From Eubacteriales bacterium (GTDB lineage: Bacteria; Bacillota; Clostridia; Oscillospirales; QAKW01): 48,943 nucleotides of DNA. Each line of letters opens with the position of its first letter. Within the stretch, counting starts at the first letter, position 1. The stretch is taken from contig JAZPZR010000123.1 of assembly GCA_045544795.1 (NCBI GenBank), positions 1 through 48,943 of the forward strand, read 5' to 3'. Positions 9,611 to 19,046 of this stretch are shown here, one piece after another. The position numbers and the translations under genes are program-made. The notes beneath the pieces are model-generated. The model was not told where the DNA came from. It was given only the letters and a program-made list of their open reading frames with translations, and did no database searches.

Positions 9611-11512
9611 TTAAACTTCCATTATTATCGGTATAATTATCGGTGAACGCTTTGTCTTTTGTGAAATATATTTGGTCACCGATTCGCGTACGTCTGTTTT
9701 GAGTGTGCTCCAGTCAAATACCTCTCTTGCGATACCGCGCATGAGCGCCATCTCCGCCGCCGTTTTCGCGCCGTCAATAAGCTCCTCGCTGTCGCGCATG
9801 TATACAAAACCGCGCGAGATTATGTCAGGACCCGACATGACCCGCTTTTGCGACTTGCTGACTGCCGCAACAACAACTATCATTCCCTCTTCGGACAAAA
9901 GCTTTCTGTCGCGCATTACGATATTGCCGACATCCCCCACGCTTCCTCCGTCAATAAGCACCTGACCTGCAGGCACCGAGTCTTCTATTTTCGCGCTGTC
10001 TGCGGTAAGCTCAAGCACACCGCCTATCTCGTTTATAAATACGTCCTTTTCGTCCATGCCCGTTTCGACCGCAAGCTTTTTGTGCGCGAGCAGATGTCTG
10101 AATTCACCGTGCACAGGCATAAAGAATTTCGGCTTTATAAGACCGAGGATAAGCTTAAGCTCCTCCTGACAGGCATGACCCGAAACGTGCACGCCCGCCT
10201 GTCTGTCGGCAATGACCTCAGCTCCAAGCTTTTCAAGCTCGTTTACAACAGTGGAAACAAACTTTTCGTTGCCGGGGATGGGGGATGATGAAAAGATAAC
10301 GAGGTCATCTGACGATATTGAAATAAGTCTGTGATCTGAAAACGCCATTCTGTAAAGCGCGCTCATTTCCTCACCCTGCGAGCCTGTCGTGATTATGACC
10401 GTCTCGTCCTTGGGAAAGCGGTTAACGTGTTCGATGGGGATAAGCGTACCCTTTGGAATATCGATATATCCAAGCTCGCTTGCAACCGCAATAACACCCT
10501 CCATGCTTCTGCCCGAAACTGCCACCTTGCGCCCGAATTTAACGGCGGTAAGGATTATCTGCTGAACACGGTGCACGTTTGACGAGAAGGTCGCAATAAG
10601 TATGCGCTTACCCTCCGCCCTTGAAAAGATACCGTCAAAAGCCTTTCCGACGTTGCGCTCAGACATTGCCATACCCGGTCTTTCGGCGTTTGTCGAATCG
10701 GACATAAGAAGCAACACGCCCTCACGTCCGAGGTTGCCGAAGCGCGCAAGGTCTATCATCCTTCCGCGGATGGGGGTGGTGTCTATCTTAAAGTCGCCCA
10801 TGTGTATTACGGTGCCGACAGGCGTTTTTATCGCAAACGCGGCGGAGTCGGCAATCGAGTGGTTTACTTTTATAAATTCGACCTCAAAGCAGCCGCGGTG
10901 TACAATATCACCCGGTTTTTGCTCCATGAGTATCGCGCGTGTGTGGAGCTTGTGCTCTGTCAGCTTGCGCTTGATAAGTCCTATTGTCAGCTTGTTTGCA
11001 AAAACAGGCACGTTTACCTCTTTTAGAAAATAGGGAAGACCGCCGATATGGTCCTCATGTCCGTGCGTTACAAAGATACCGCGTATCTTGTTTCTGTTTT
11101 TGAAAAGATAGTTAAAATCAGGTATTACCTGGTCGATACCCGGCATATCCGCATCGGGAAACGCCATACCGCAGTCGATAATTATTATGTCATCGCCGTA
11201 TTCGATGGCGGTGAGGTTTTTACCTATCTCGTCAAGACCGCCCAGAGGTATGACGCGAAGCTTGTGCGCAGGCTTTTTTTCGCGCGGTGCTTTGGGTGCT
11301 TTTGTCTGCTTTTTGGGCGCAGACGCCTTTTTAACACCCGAATTCTTTTTCTTTTTATCGGTCTGCGCAGGCTTTTTCTTTTTATCAACAGCCGCCGACG
11401 CTTTTTTCTTTGACGGTGCCGATTTTTTCACGCTCTTTTTAGGCTTTGGCGGGTGCTGTTTTTTCTTTTCTTCTGTGTTTTTTATTTTTGCGATTTTTTC
11501 TTCTGCTATCAT
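9611..11512 (-). CDS. rnj: ribonuclease J with a lysine-rich N-terminal extension
   Basis: 633 aa; metallo-beta-lactamase HGHEDHIGG motif and beta-CASP architecture. The conserved core starts at KLRVIPLGGLDEIGKN, after about 84 K/A/P-rich residues. Confidence 0.9.
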   Translation of the reverse strand: MIAEEKIAKIKNTEEKKKQHPPKPKKSVKKSAPSKKKASAAVDKKKKPAQTDKKKKNSGVKKASAPKKQTKAPKAPREKKPAHKLRVIPLGGLDEIGKNLTAIEYGDDIIIIDCGMAFPDADMPGIDQVIPDFNYLFKNRNKIRGIFVTHGHEDHIGGLPYFLKEVNVPVFANKLTIGLIKRKLTEHKLHTRAILMEQKPGDIVHRGCFEVEFIKVNHSIADSAAFAIKTPVGTVIHMGDFKIDTTPIRGRMIDLARFGNLGREGVLLLMSDSTNAERPGMAMSERNVGKAFDGIFSRAEGKRILIATFSSNVHRVQQIILTAVKFGRKVAVSGRSMEGVIAVASELGYIDIPKGTLIPIEHVNRFPKDETVIITTGSQGEEMSALYRMAFSDHRLISISSDDLVIFSSSPIPGNEKFVSTVVNELEKLGAEVIADRQAGVHVSGHACQEELKLILGLIKPKFFMPVHGEFRHLLAHKKLAVETGMDEKDVFINEIGGVLELTADSAKIEDSVPAGQVLIDGGSVGDVGNIVMRDRKLLSEEGMIVVVAAVSKSQKRVMSGPDIISRGFVYMRDSEELIDGAKTAAEMALMRGIAREVFDWSTLKTDVRESVTKYISQKTKRSPIIIPIIMEV

Positions 11513-11732
11513 ATTACTCCTTTGAATGTCAAAATCAAGACATTGAATAATGTCCCGTTATATTTACGTGACCGCGCCAAACCGTACAGCGCAGTCTATT
11601 TAAACTCTATTCTATAGTATACAATATTCTGTCATAATATACAAGAAAAAAATAATTAACATTTGAGAGTATTGAAAAAATAACTTTGTGTGATATAATA
11701 AAAATGTATAACTATATTACCTGGAGAAAACA

Positions 11733-14141
11733 ATGATTAAAGATCTTCTTGGAAAATTTATATTATTTATGGAAAAACAGCAGAAAAAACGCGCTGAGAA
11801 AAAGGCGAAAAAGCAGGAAGGCGGGGGCAAAGAAAAAAGCCGTACGGGTTATCTTGTCCGCCGCGGTCTGCTTGCGGTATTTTTAACCTGCATGTTTACG
11901 GGCATTTTTACCGCCTGTGTTTTTGCGTGGTACGTGTTCGTGTACGTCGACGGTGAGTTTGACCTGTCGGGTGTTGACAACTCGCTCGGCTATACGACGC
12001 TTATTTACGGCAACAACAACGGTGAGACAGTGCAGATTGACGAGCTTCACGGCACCGAGAACAGAAAATGGGCGAACATTGATGAGATATCACCCTATCT
12101 TCAGGATGCCGTTGTCGCTATTGAGGATGAGCGTTTTTACACCCACAGCGGTGTTGACTTCAAGCGTACTCTCGGCGCTGTTATCGGCTTTGCTACGGGC
12201 AACGATTCGTACGGCGGTTCTACCATAACACAGCAGCTTGTCAAAAACCTGACCGATGACAAGGACCACACCATCACCCGTAAGATACAGGAGATGCGAC
12301 GCGCGTGGTATCTTGAAAGTCAGTACAGAAAACCGCAGATACTTGAGGTTTATCTCAATACCATCTATCTTTCGCAGGGTTGCTACGGCGCGCAGACCGC
12401 GGCTGAAAAGTATTTTGGTAAAAACGTAGCAGACCTTACCATTGCAGAGGCGGCATGCCTTGCATCCATCACCAATCTTCCTACCTATTACGATCCGATT
12501 GTTAATCTTGAAAATAATCAGCGTCGCGCGCGTCTTGTAATCTCCAAGATGGAAGAGCTTAAAATGATAACTCACGAAGAGGCGGAAGCGGCAAAGGCTG
12601 AACAGCTTGTGTTCAGGGACGGCACCGTCGAGGTTGACGAGGCAGACGTTAAAAGCTATTACGTCGATGCGGTGACAGACGTTGTTATAAAGGACCTTAT
12701 CGAGAAAAAGGGCTACAGCAAGGTCTATGCGGAAACGCTTGTGTTCTCAGGCGGTCTTCAGATATATACAGCGATGGATACCAACGTTCAGGCGGCGGTT
12801 GACAGCGTATATTCCGACCCCTCGAACTTCCCTAATATCGCGGCAAAAAACGATGCGGGTGAGCGTATCACCCCCGAAAGCGCGATATCCATTATAAACA
12901 ATTCCACAGGCGCGTGCGTGGCGCTTTACGGTGGTATCGGTCCCAAGACGACAGCGCGCGGTAACAACCGCGCAACCATGGCATACCGTCAGCCCGGCTC
13001 CAGTTTTAAACCGCTGTCTACCTACGCTCCCGCTATCGAGTACGGTGTGTGCGTTGACGGTAACAACGCGCTTTCTCCCTCTTCTATGATACTTGACTGG
13101 TATCTTGACGAGGAAAGGCAGTATCCCAGAAATCAGTCGCGTTACGAGTCAAACAAGCGTGTGACGCTTACCGCAGGTGTGGCGCAGTCACTCAATACCG
13201 TTGCGGCGCGTGTCAACGTTGCAGTCGGCTTTAAGCGCTCATATAACTTCCTTGTTGACAATCTTGGGTTCACCTCGCTCGTTGAGGGCAGGGATGAAAA
13301 CGTGGCGGCACTAGGTCTTGGCGCTCTTACAAAGGGTACGACCGTCTATGAGATGTCGGCGGCATACGCTTCTTTTGCCAACGAGGGTGTGTACACAAAG
13401 CCGTATCTTTATACAAAGGTCGTTGACCAGAACGGCAGAACGATACTTGAAAATCACGTTGAGTCGCGTACTGCTATGAGCGGTGAGACGGCGCGCGTTA
13501 TAAATCAGCTTCTCGTATACGCGGCAACGGCGGGTACAGGCTCACCTGCAAACTTCGGCTCGACCGAGATTGCGGGAAAGACAGGTACCTCGTCTTTTGA
13601 CTATGACAGATGGTTTGCAGGCTACACCGACTACTATTCGGCGGCGGTGTGGTACGGCTACGATTATAACGAAACGGTCGTATACGGCGGAACAAACCCC
13701 GCGGTTGCGACCTGGCGCAAGGTAATGCAGAAGGTGCATCAGGGTCTCCCCTATAAGGGTCTTGAAAAGCCGAGAACGCTTGTGAGCGCTGAGTACTGCT
13801 TTGTAAGCGGTCAGCTTTGCTCTGAGTTCTGCGTTGAAAAGGCGAGCGGTCAGTTTATGCCAAACGGTGTGCCCACTACCGTGTGCACCGAATGTCAGCC
13901 TGCAGAGGAGGTTCCCGCACCCGATGGTACCGAGACACCTGAGGGCGACAAAAAGCCTGAGGGTGACAAAAAGCCTGAGGGCGACAAAAAGCCTGAGACG
14001 GAAACAAAGCCGGATGTACAGACACCCGCGCCCACTCCCGATCCTGCGCCTGCACCCGCACCCACTCCCGACCCCGCGCCCGCACCCGCGCCTGCTCCCG
14101 AGCAGGGCGGCGGTGAAAATACGGTCACACCGACGGAGTAG
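11733..14141 (+). CDS. class A penicillin-binding protein (transglycosylase/transpeptidase)
   Basis: 802 aa; GT51 motifs EDERFYTHSGVD and GGSTITQQL; transpeptidase motifs SSFKP, SLN, KTGT. Low-complexity PEGDKK/PAPTPDP tail. Confidence 0.9.
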   Translation: MIKDLLGKFILFMEKQQKKRAEKKAKKQEGGGKEKSRTGYLVRRGLLAVFLTCMFTGIFTACVFAWYVFVYVDGEFDLSGVDNSLGYTTLIYGNNNGETVQIDELHGTENRKWANIDEISPYLQDAVVAIEDERFYTHSGVDFKRTLGAVIGFATGNDSYGGSTITQQLVKNLTDDKDHTITRKIQEMRRAWYLESQYRKPQILEVYLNTIYLSQGCYGAQTAAEKYFGKNVADLTIAEAACLASITNLPTYYDPIVNLENNQRRARLVISKMEELKMITHEEAEAAKAEQLVFRDGTVEVDEADVKSYYVDAVTDVVIKDLIEKKGYSKVYAETLVFSGGLQIYTAMDTNVQAAVDSVYSDPSNFPNIAAKNDAGERITPESAISIINNSTGACVALYGGIGPKTTARGNNRATMAYRQPGSSFKPLSTYAPAIEYGVCVDGNNALSPSSMILDWYLDEERQYPRNQSRYESNKRVTLTAGVAQSLNTVAARVNVAVGFKRSYNFLVDNLGFTSLVEGRDENVAALGLGALTKGTTVYEMSAAYASFANEGVYTKPYLYTKVVDQNGRTILENHVESRTAMSGETARVINQLLVYAATAGTGSPANFGSTEIAGKTGTSSFDYDRWFAGYTDYYSAAVWYGYDYNETVVYGGTNPAVATWRKVMQKVHQGLPYKGLEKPRTLVSAEYCFVSGQLCSEFCVEKASGQFMPNGVPTTVCTECQPAEEVPAPDGTETPEGDKKPEGDKKPEGDKKPETETKPDVQTPAPTPDPAPAPAPTPDPAPAPAPAPEQGGGENTVTPTE
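13938..13997 (+). repeat. in-frame 18-bp tandem repeat (PEGDKK, about 3.3 units) in the PBP tail
   Basis: cctgagggcgacaaaaag repeated head-to-tail. Confidence 0.85.
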
Positions 14142-14146
14142 GGATT

Positions 14147-15994
14147 ATGAAAAAATTCAAATTTACGCTGCCCGTATGGACTGTACCGCTGCTTATACTG
14201 CTTTTTACGCTTACGACTACAGTCTTGTCAGTTGCGGTACAGCCGGGCAGTGTCTATCAGTCACTTTATGATATAATTTCACGGCCTGTCACCGTGCTTT
14301 TAAACACGTTTCCCGTTCTTATCCTTGTAACACTCGGATATTTTGCAGCGGGTAACGTGTTTTACGGCGCGTCGGTCACCTCTCTTATCGCGCTTTTACT
14401 GTCATACGTAAACCTGCTTAAAATCGAGGGACGCGACGATGCTTTTGTTCCTGCCGATATTCCGCTTTTCCGTGAGGCTATGTCGGCGGCATCAAGCTAT
14501 GACCTCGACCTTCATATACCGCTGCTGCTGTTTCTGATATTTTACTGCGGTATTATTTTTGCAATGGGAATATTTTTAAAAACACCCCGCCCGCGCATTG
14601 TGTGGCGGGTCGCTTCGGGTGTTGCGGTCGTGGCTGCGTTTTTGCTTTCGATGAAGTTTGTCTATCCCGACAGGGACAGATACAACAAGCTTATCGCGAC
14701 GACCGAGTCTATGTACAATATTCCGTCGGTGTTCAACACGCTCGGCTTTAACTATTGCTTTTTGTATAATTTTAATCTCTATCCCGTCGATAAGCCTGAC
14801 GGCTACAGTGATGCGCAGGTAAAAGAGTGGGAAAAGGAGTACGCAAAAACTCCCGCGACGACCGACTCGCCCAATATTATCATGGTAATGGGTGAGGCGT
14901 TTTCCGATATTTCAAATGACGAAGTGTTTGCATGGGAGAGTGAGGAGCAAAACCCCGCCTACAAGTATAATCTGCTTGCAAACAGCGACCGCGCGGTGTC
15001 GGGTCATATCGTTGTGTCAAATATTGCCGCGGGTACTGCAAATACTGAGTTTGATATACTGACAGGTACTCCCACCACTATGCTCAGCGATACGGCGACA
15101 TCTTCCTTCCGTGTTGTCAACAAGCCTGTAACTACGGTTGCCTCAGTCCTTCGCGACAAGGGGTATTCCACCGCCTTTATGCATCCCGGTGACAGTTGGT
15201 TTTATAACCGTTCGAGTGTGTATAAATACTTCGGTGTCGACAATCAGACCTTTAACGAAGCGTTTGATATGAACGTGGACACGACGGGCGGTCTTGTAAC
15301 GGACGCGGCGTTTTTACGCGAGCTTAAAAAGGTTATCGCGGGCAATAAATCACCTCAGTTTGTGTACAGCGTTACCATTCAGAATCATCAGGCATACGGA
15401 TATTCAAAATATGCGGAGCTTCCGACCGCAGTACCGCTTAATACTGAAATTTCGGATGCCTCGATGGAGGTCGTTTCCACCTATATGCGCGGTGTGCGCG
15501 ATTCGTCCGAAATGATATATCAGCTTGCAGAGTATCTTGATACTCTGGACGAGCCGACGCTTCTTGTCTTTTTCGGTGACCATCTGCCAAACCTCGGCGA
15601 CAGCGTGTATAATGAACTCGGACTTCCCATGGCGGATGCTGTCGGTACCGAGGACGTGCTTGCAACCTATACGACACCGTATATGATATACGGTAATAAT
15701 GCATTCTGTGAAGATCACGATATGCATGAGCTTGCGGAAAAATATGAAATTACGCAGGGCGGCAGGATAAACAATATTTATCTCGGCGCTATGACGCTTG
15801 AGCTTGCGGGCTTTTCGGGCGCTGACCCGTATTTTGATTTTCTTTCATACGCAAGACGCGAGCTTCCCGTGTTCCGCGTAAAAGAAAACGCATATCAGCT
15901 AAAGGACGGTAGCTTTGCCGATACGCTTACGGACCCTGCCCATCTTGATATAGTTAAGAAAATAGACCATTGGCAGTATTATAAAATAAGATAA
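14147..15994 (+). CDS. LTA synthase (LtaS)/sulfatase-family membrane protein, second paralogue
   Basis: 615 aa; TM-rich N-terminus and sulfatase-like motifs (IIMVMGEAFSD, FFGDHLPNLG). Confidence 0.8.
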   Translation: MKKFKFTLPVWTVPLLILLFTLTTTVLSVAVQPGSVYQSLYDIISRPVTVLLNTFPVLILVTLGYFAAGNVFYGASVTSLIALLLSYVNLLKIEGRDDAFVPADIPLFREAMSAASSYDLDLHIPLLLFLIFYCGIIFAMGIFLKTPRPRIVWRVASGVAVVAAFLLSMKFVYPDRDRYNKLIATTESMYNIPSVFNTLGFNYCFLYNFNLYPVDKPDGYSDAQVKEWEKEYAKTPATTDSPNIIMVMGEAFSDISNDEVFAWESEEQNPAYKYNLLANSDRAVSGHIVVSNIAAGTANTEFDILTGTPTTMLSDTATSSFRVVNKPVTTVASVLRDKGYSTAFMHPGDSWFYNRSSVYKYFGVDNQTFNEAFDMNVDTTGGLVTDAAFLRELKKVIAGNKSPQFVYSVTIQNHQAYGYSKYAELPTAVPLNTEISDASMEVVSTYMRGVRDSSEMIYQLAEYLDTLDEPTLLVFFGDHLPNLGDSVYNELGLPMADAVGTEDVLATYTTPYMIYGNNAFCEDHDMHELAEKYEITQGGRINNIYLGAMTLELAGFSGADPYFDFLSYARRELPVFRVKENAYQLKDGSFADTLTDPAHLDIVKKIDHWQYYKIR

Positions 15995-15995
15995 A

Positions 15996-16664
15996 ATGAA
16001 GACAAAAAGAAATATTATTATCGCCGTAACGGTGCTTGCCTGCGGTGTTATGGGAGTGGTCGATGCGGTTATCCAACCGGGGTATCTTGTAAAATCACTC
16101 ATCAAGCTTTTGCTGTTTTTATGTATTCCGATTGTATATTCGGTGTTTGATAAAAACTGCGATCTTAAAAAACTGTTTGTCCCTGATAAAAAAGGACTGC
16201 TCACCGCCGTAATTCTCGGTGTCGGTGTTTATGCGGCAGTGGTCGGCGCGTACTTCGCCTGCCGCGGTGTGTTTGATTTTTCCGCGCTTACCTCAAGCCT
16301 TACCTCGACCACCGGAGTAAATAAAGACAACTTTATTTTTGTTGCAATTTACATTTCGTTTGTAAATTCTCTGCTTGAGGAGTTTTTCTTCCGCGGGTTT
16401 GCGTTTTTGACCTTGAAAAGCGTGTCGGAAAGAAGGACCGCCTATATCGTAAGCTCGGCATTGTTTGCCCTTTATCATATCGCGATGATGATAGGGTGGT
16501 TCGGTCTGCCTGTGATTTTACTTTCAATGGCGGGACTTTTTGTCGGCGGTATCATATTCGATTTTGTCAACGAAAGGTATAATAATATTTATATTTCATG
16601 GCTTATACACATGTTCGCAAATTTCGCGACAAATACTATCGGATTTATTTTATTCAGTATTTAA
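15996..16664 (+). CDS. CPBP (CAAX) family intramembrane metalloprotease
   Basis: 222 aa polytopic protein; EEFFFRGF, FALYH and HMFANF motifs. Confidence 0.85.
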   Translation: MKTKRNIIIAVTVLACGVMGVVDAVIQPGYLVKSLIKLLLFLCIPIVYSVFDKNCDLKKLFVPDKKGLLTAVILGVGVYAAVVGAYFACRGVFDFSALTSSLTSTTGVNKDNFIFVAIYISFVNSLLEEFFFRGFAFLTLKSVSERRTAYIVSSALFALYHIAMMIGWFGLPVILLSMAGLFVGGIIFDFVNERYNNIYISWLIHMFANFATNTIGFILFSI

Positions 16665-16665
16665 C

Positions 16666-16690
16666 AGGACGGTTTTCCGTCCTTTTTTTG
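16666..16690 (+). terminator. intrinsic terminator
   Basis: aggacgg-tttt-ccgtcct followed by ttttttt. Confidence 0.85.
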
Positions 16691-16749
16691 TGTAAAATTG
16701 TCAGCGCAGGTGCGGTGCGAATAGAATGTAATGATATCACAGTAAAGGA

Positions 16750-16971
16750 ATGATTTTTTTGGAACGATATCCGTATTATCCGCCCGGCTTTATGCGTGCG
16801 GAGCAAACGATAAATATAAACAAAAACCCAACCGTCTGCGACGAGCTTCCGCTTGCGCAGGCAACTATCGGCGTGCAGAAATGGCGCGAAATATATGAGC
16901 GCGATAAAGCGCTCATGCGCGGAACGCTCTTTTGTGAGCTTGATAAGCCGTTTCGGGGGTCGTCAAGATGA
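16750..16971 (+). CDS. cotJA: spore coat-associated protein CotJA
   Basis: 73 aa; LPLAQATIGVQKWREIYERDKALMRGTLFCELDKPF matches the CotJA signature. First gene of a cotJABC arrangement. The exact start is uncertain. Confidence 0.75.
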   Translation: MIFLERYPYYPPGFMRAEQTININKNPTVCDELPLAQATIGVQKWREIYERDKALMRGTLFCELDKPFRGSSR

Positions 16972-17231
16972 ATGACAGAAAAAAGGCGCTCATGCGGGTG
17001 CAGACCTACGGCTTTGCACTTGACGAGGTATTGCTTTTCCTTGACACTCACCCGAACGACCGCGAAGCGCTTGACTATTACCATGAAACGCTTAAGCTTT
17101 ATAAAATGGCGGTAAAGGACTACGTCACAAATTACGGTCCGCTTGATTTTATGCAGGTGCAGGGCGGTAAAAACTGGACGTGGGCAACCGATATGATGCC
17201 GTGGGAGGATGAGCATAATGTGGAAATATGA
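16968..17231 (+). CDS. cotJB: spore coat protein CotJB
   Basis: 87 aa; FALDEVLLFLDTHPNDREALDYYHE is typical of CotJB. 4-nt overlap with cotJA. Confidence 0.8.
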   Translation: MNDRKKALMRVQTYGFALDEVLLFLDTHPNDREALDYYHETLKLYKMAVKDYVTNYGPLDFMQVQGGKNWTWATDMMPWEDEHNVEI

Positions 17232-17406
17232 AAAAAGACTGCAGTATCCGCTTAAAATAAAAAAGGGTGACGGCAATACTGCGAAAATAATAATGTCGCA
17301 GTTTGGCGGACCTGACGGAGAGCTTGCCGCTTCGCAGCGTTATCTTTCGCAAAGATATGCGATGCCCTACAGCGACGTAGCAACACTTTTAACTGACGTG
17401 GGCACC
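17218..17406 (+). pseudogene. cotJC: cotJC 5' segment (codons 1-63), interrupted by the integrated element
   Basis: MWKYEKRLQYPLKIK..GGPDGELAASQRYLSQRYAMP..LLTDVGT is a CotJC/Mn-catalase-family N-terminus with SD gggagga. Similarity ends at 17406, and the rest of the tracked ORF (to 17493) is antisense to the recombinase gene. Confidence 0.9.
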
Positions 17407-19046
17407 TTCGTTTCTAAAGCGGTACACTTGTATGTAGGAGCCACCGTTTTGGATACGGTGAACCTCCATTTTTCGGGCAGAATATTTAGGTAAAGGTCAA
17501 CAGTATTCTTGTCAACAATCACCATCTTATCAAGAATGCGCTTGTAGAATTCATCCTCATACTCAACGCCGTTTACAAGGTCGATGATTGCCTTTTCAAT
17601 ATCCGCAAACAACTGCTCTTGCTGAACCTTCAAGGTGTTGCCATTGGTGATACTGTCAATTTGGGTCTTGATGTCAGTCATCACTCCGTCAATCTTTTCA
17701 CGTTCTGCAAGAAACTCCCCTTTGTCAATGTTACCCTCCATATACAATTCCAAAAGCCGACTGCGCTTGCTGCTCATTTCATCCAGCTTCTTTTGAAGCT
17801 GTTTTGTACTGCTATTCAGCGATTGATCGGAAAGTACAGATTTTATGACTTTTAAAAGATTTCGGGTGATTTTCTCACGGTTGAATTTTAGGTTTTTCAC
17901 CGCAAGATACATAATGTGAATGGCTTCTTCATTGCGAATGCTTGGACTTGTACAACCCACTTCATTACCTGCTTTGTCAAGGTGTTTGCTACCGTGCTTT
18001 GCCGCCTCACCACAACGCCACGCCTTGTATCTGCTACCGTTTTGACGTGGTTTATAACGTGCAACATAACTTCTGCCACAAACTCCGCATTTGATTTTTC
18101 CCGAAAATGGATAGCGGTTAGAGTGTTTAGCTTTGCCTTCCGGCGAAAGAGCACGCCCATCTAAAATGCGATTAGCCTCCTCAAACATTTCTCTTGAAAC
18201 GATCGGCTCGTGATGGTCTCGGATGATGACAAATTCCTCCTCACCGTGATTGTACTTTTTTTCGTGAGTCAAATAATCGGGAGTGATTGTTTTCTTCTGT
18301 ACAAGGTCACCACAATATTTTTCATTGCGCAGGACTCTCAGTATTACGGTGTTACTCCATTCCTGCACCCTTAACGGTTTTATTCCTTCTTCACGGAGCT
18401 CTCTTGCAATGGTGTGAGTACCTTTTCCCTCATTGATGCACTTGTGGTATATCAAGCGCACGATTTTTGCGCCTTCTTCATTGATTGTCATTTTACCGCC
18501 CTTTACATCATAGCCTAACATATCTCGACCAAAAACGACACCATCCTCCATACGTCGCTTCTGACCCCATTTCACGCGTTCCGAAGTTCTTCGGCTTTCG
18601 TCTTGGGCAAGAGATGCCATTATGGTTAATCTCAACTCTGCATCGGGGTCACGGGTATCGAGATTATCCAGGACAAAAATCACACCTACACCGTATCTTT
18701 TCAATTCTCTTGTGAAGCTTATGCTATCAAGGGTATTACGGGCAAATCTTGAAATTTCTTTTGTGATGATCAGATCAATCTGCCCATTCTTTGCACATTC
18801 GATCATCCTTAAAAATTCCTTGCGGTGTTTGGTGCTTGTGCCCGAAACACCCTTGTCAGCAAATATCTCCGATAGCTCCCAATCGGGATGATTTTCAATG
18901 TATTCTTTGAAATACTTTTGCTGACTCTCGTACGAATTCGCTTGGTCTCTGTTGTCTGTACTAACACGGCAGTAGGCGGCTACCCGTTGTACCTTGTTTT
19001 CAAATTTTCGCTCTTGGTTTAAAAGCTCATATTTGTCTAAACTCAT
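17367..19046 (-). CDS. large serine recombinase (integrated-state isoform, 559 aa)
   Basis: Resolvase catalytic N-terminus (VAAYCRVSTDNRDQANSYESQ), recombinase domain, zinc-ribbon Cys cluster (CGVCGRSY..WRCGE) and coiled-coil. SD aaggag. The last 9 codons plus the stop lie in host cotJC DNA beyond attL. Confidence 0.92.
   Translation of the reverse strand: MSLDKYELLNQERKFENKVQRVAAYCRVSTDNRDQANSYESQQKYFKEYIENHPDWELSEIFADKGVSGTSTKHRKEFLRMIECAKNGQIDLIITKEISRFARNTLDSISFTRELKRYGVGVIFVLDNLDTRDPDAELRLTIMASLAQDESRRTSERVKWGQKRRMEDGVVFGRDMLGYDVKGGKMTINEEGAKIVRLIYHKCINEGKGTHTIARELREEGIKPLRVQEWSNTVILRVLRNEKYCGDLVQKKTITPDYLTHEKKYNHGEEEFVIIRDHHEPIVSREMFEEANRILDGRALSPEGKAKHSNRYPFSGKIKCGVCGRSYVARYKPRQNGSRYKAWRCGEAAKHGSKHLDKAGNEVGCTSPSIRNEEAIHIMYLAVKNLKFNREKITRNLLKVIKSVLSDQSLNSSTKQLQKKLDEMSSKRSRLLELYMEGNIDKGEFLAEREKIDGVMTDIKTQIDSITNGNTLKVQQEQLFADIEKAIIDLVNGVEYEDEFYKRILDKMVIVDKNTVDLYLNILPEKWRFTVSKTVAPTYKCTALETKVPTSVKSVATSL
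17398..17406. repeat. attL core (GTGGGCACC)
   Basis: Identical to 31302..31310, at the point where cotJC similarity stops. Confidence 0.85.

Noticed and set aside
11048-11525. Plus-strand ORFs (121 and 112 aa) opposite the 5' end of the RNase J gene.
   Set aside because: They are antisense to the lysine-rich (AAR-rich) segment, giving Phe/Leu-rich nonsense frames.
13834-14271. ORFs overlapping the PBP1A 3' end and the start of the next gene (13834..14271 +, 13876..14085 -, 13895..14128 -).
   Set aside because: They are frame artefacts of the PEGDKK/PAPTPDP low-complexity coding repeats.
16690-16750. Attempt to call a sigmaE-type promoter upstream of cotJA (gaATAgaaT resembles the cATAcanT -10).
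   Set aside because: No acceptable -35 at the right spacing, so it is not reported as a feature.
17209-17493. 94-aa ORF in the track that looks like a complete small gene after cotJB.
   Set aside because: Only its first 66 residues (63 of them from the real ATG at 17218) are CotJC. The remaining 28 are read-through into the element, antisense to the recombinase gene. It is annotated as the 5' fragment of split cotJC instead.
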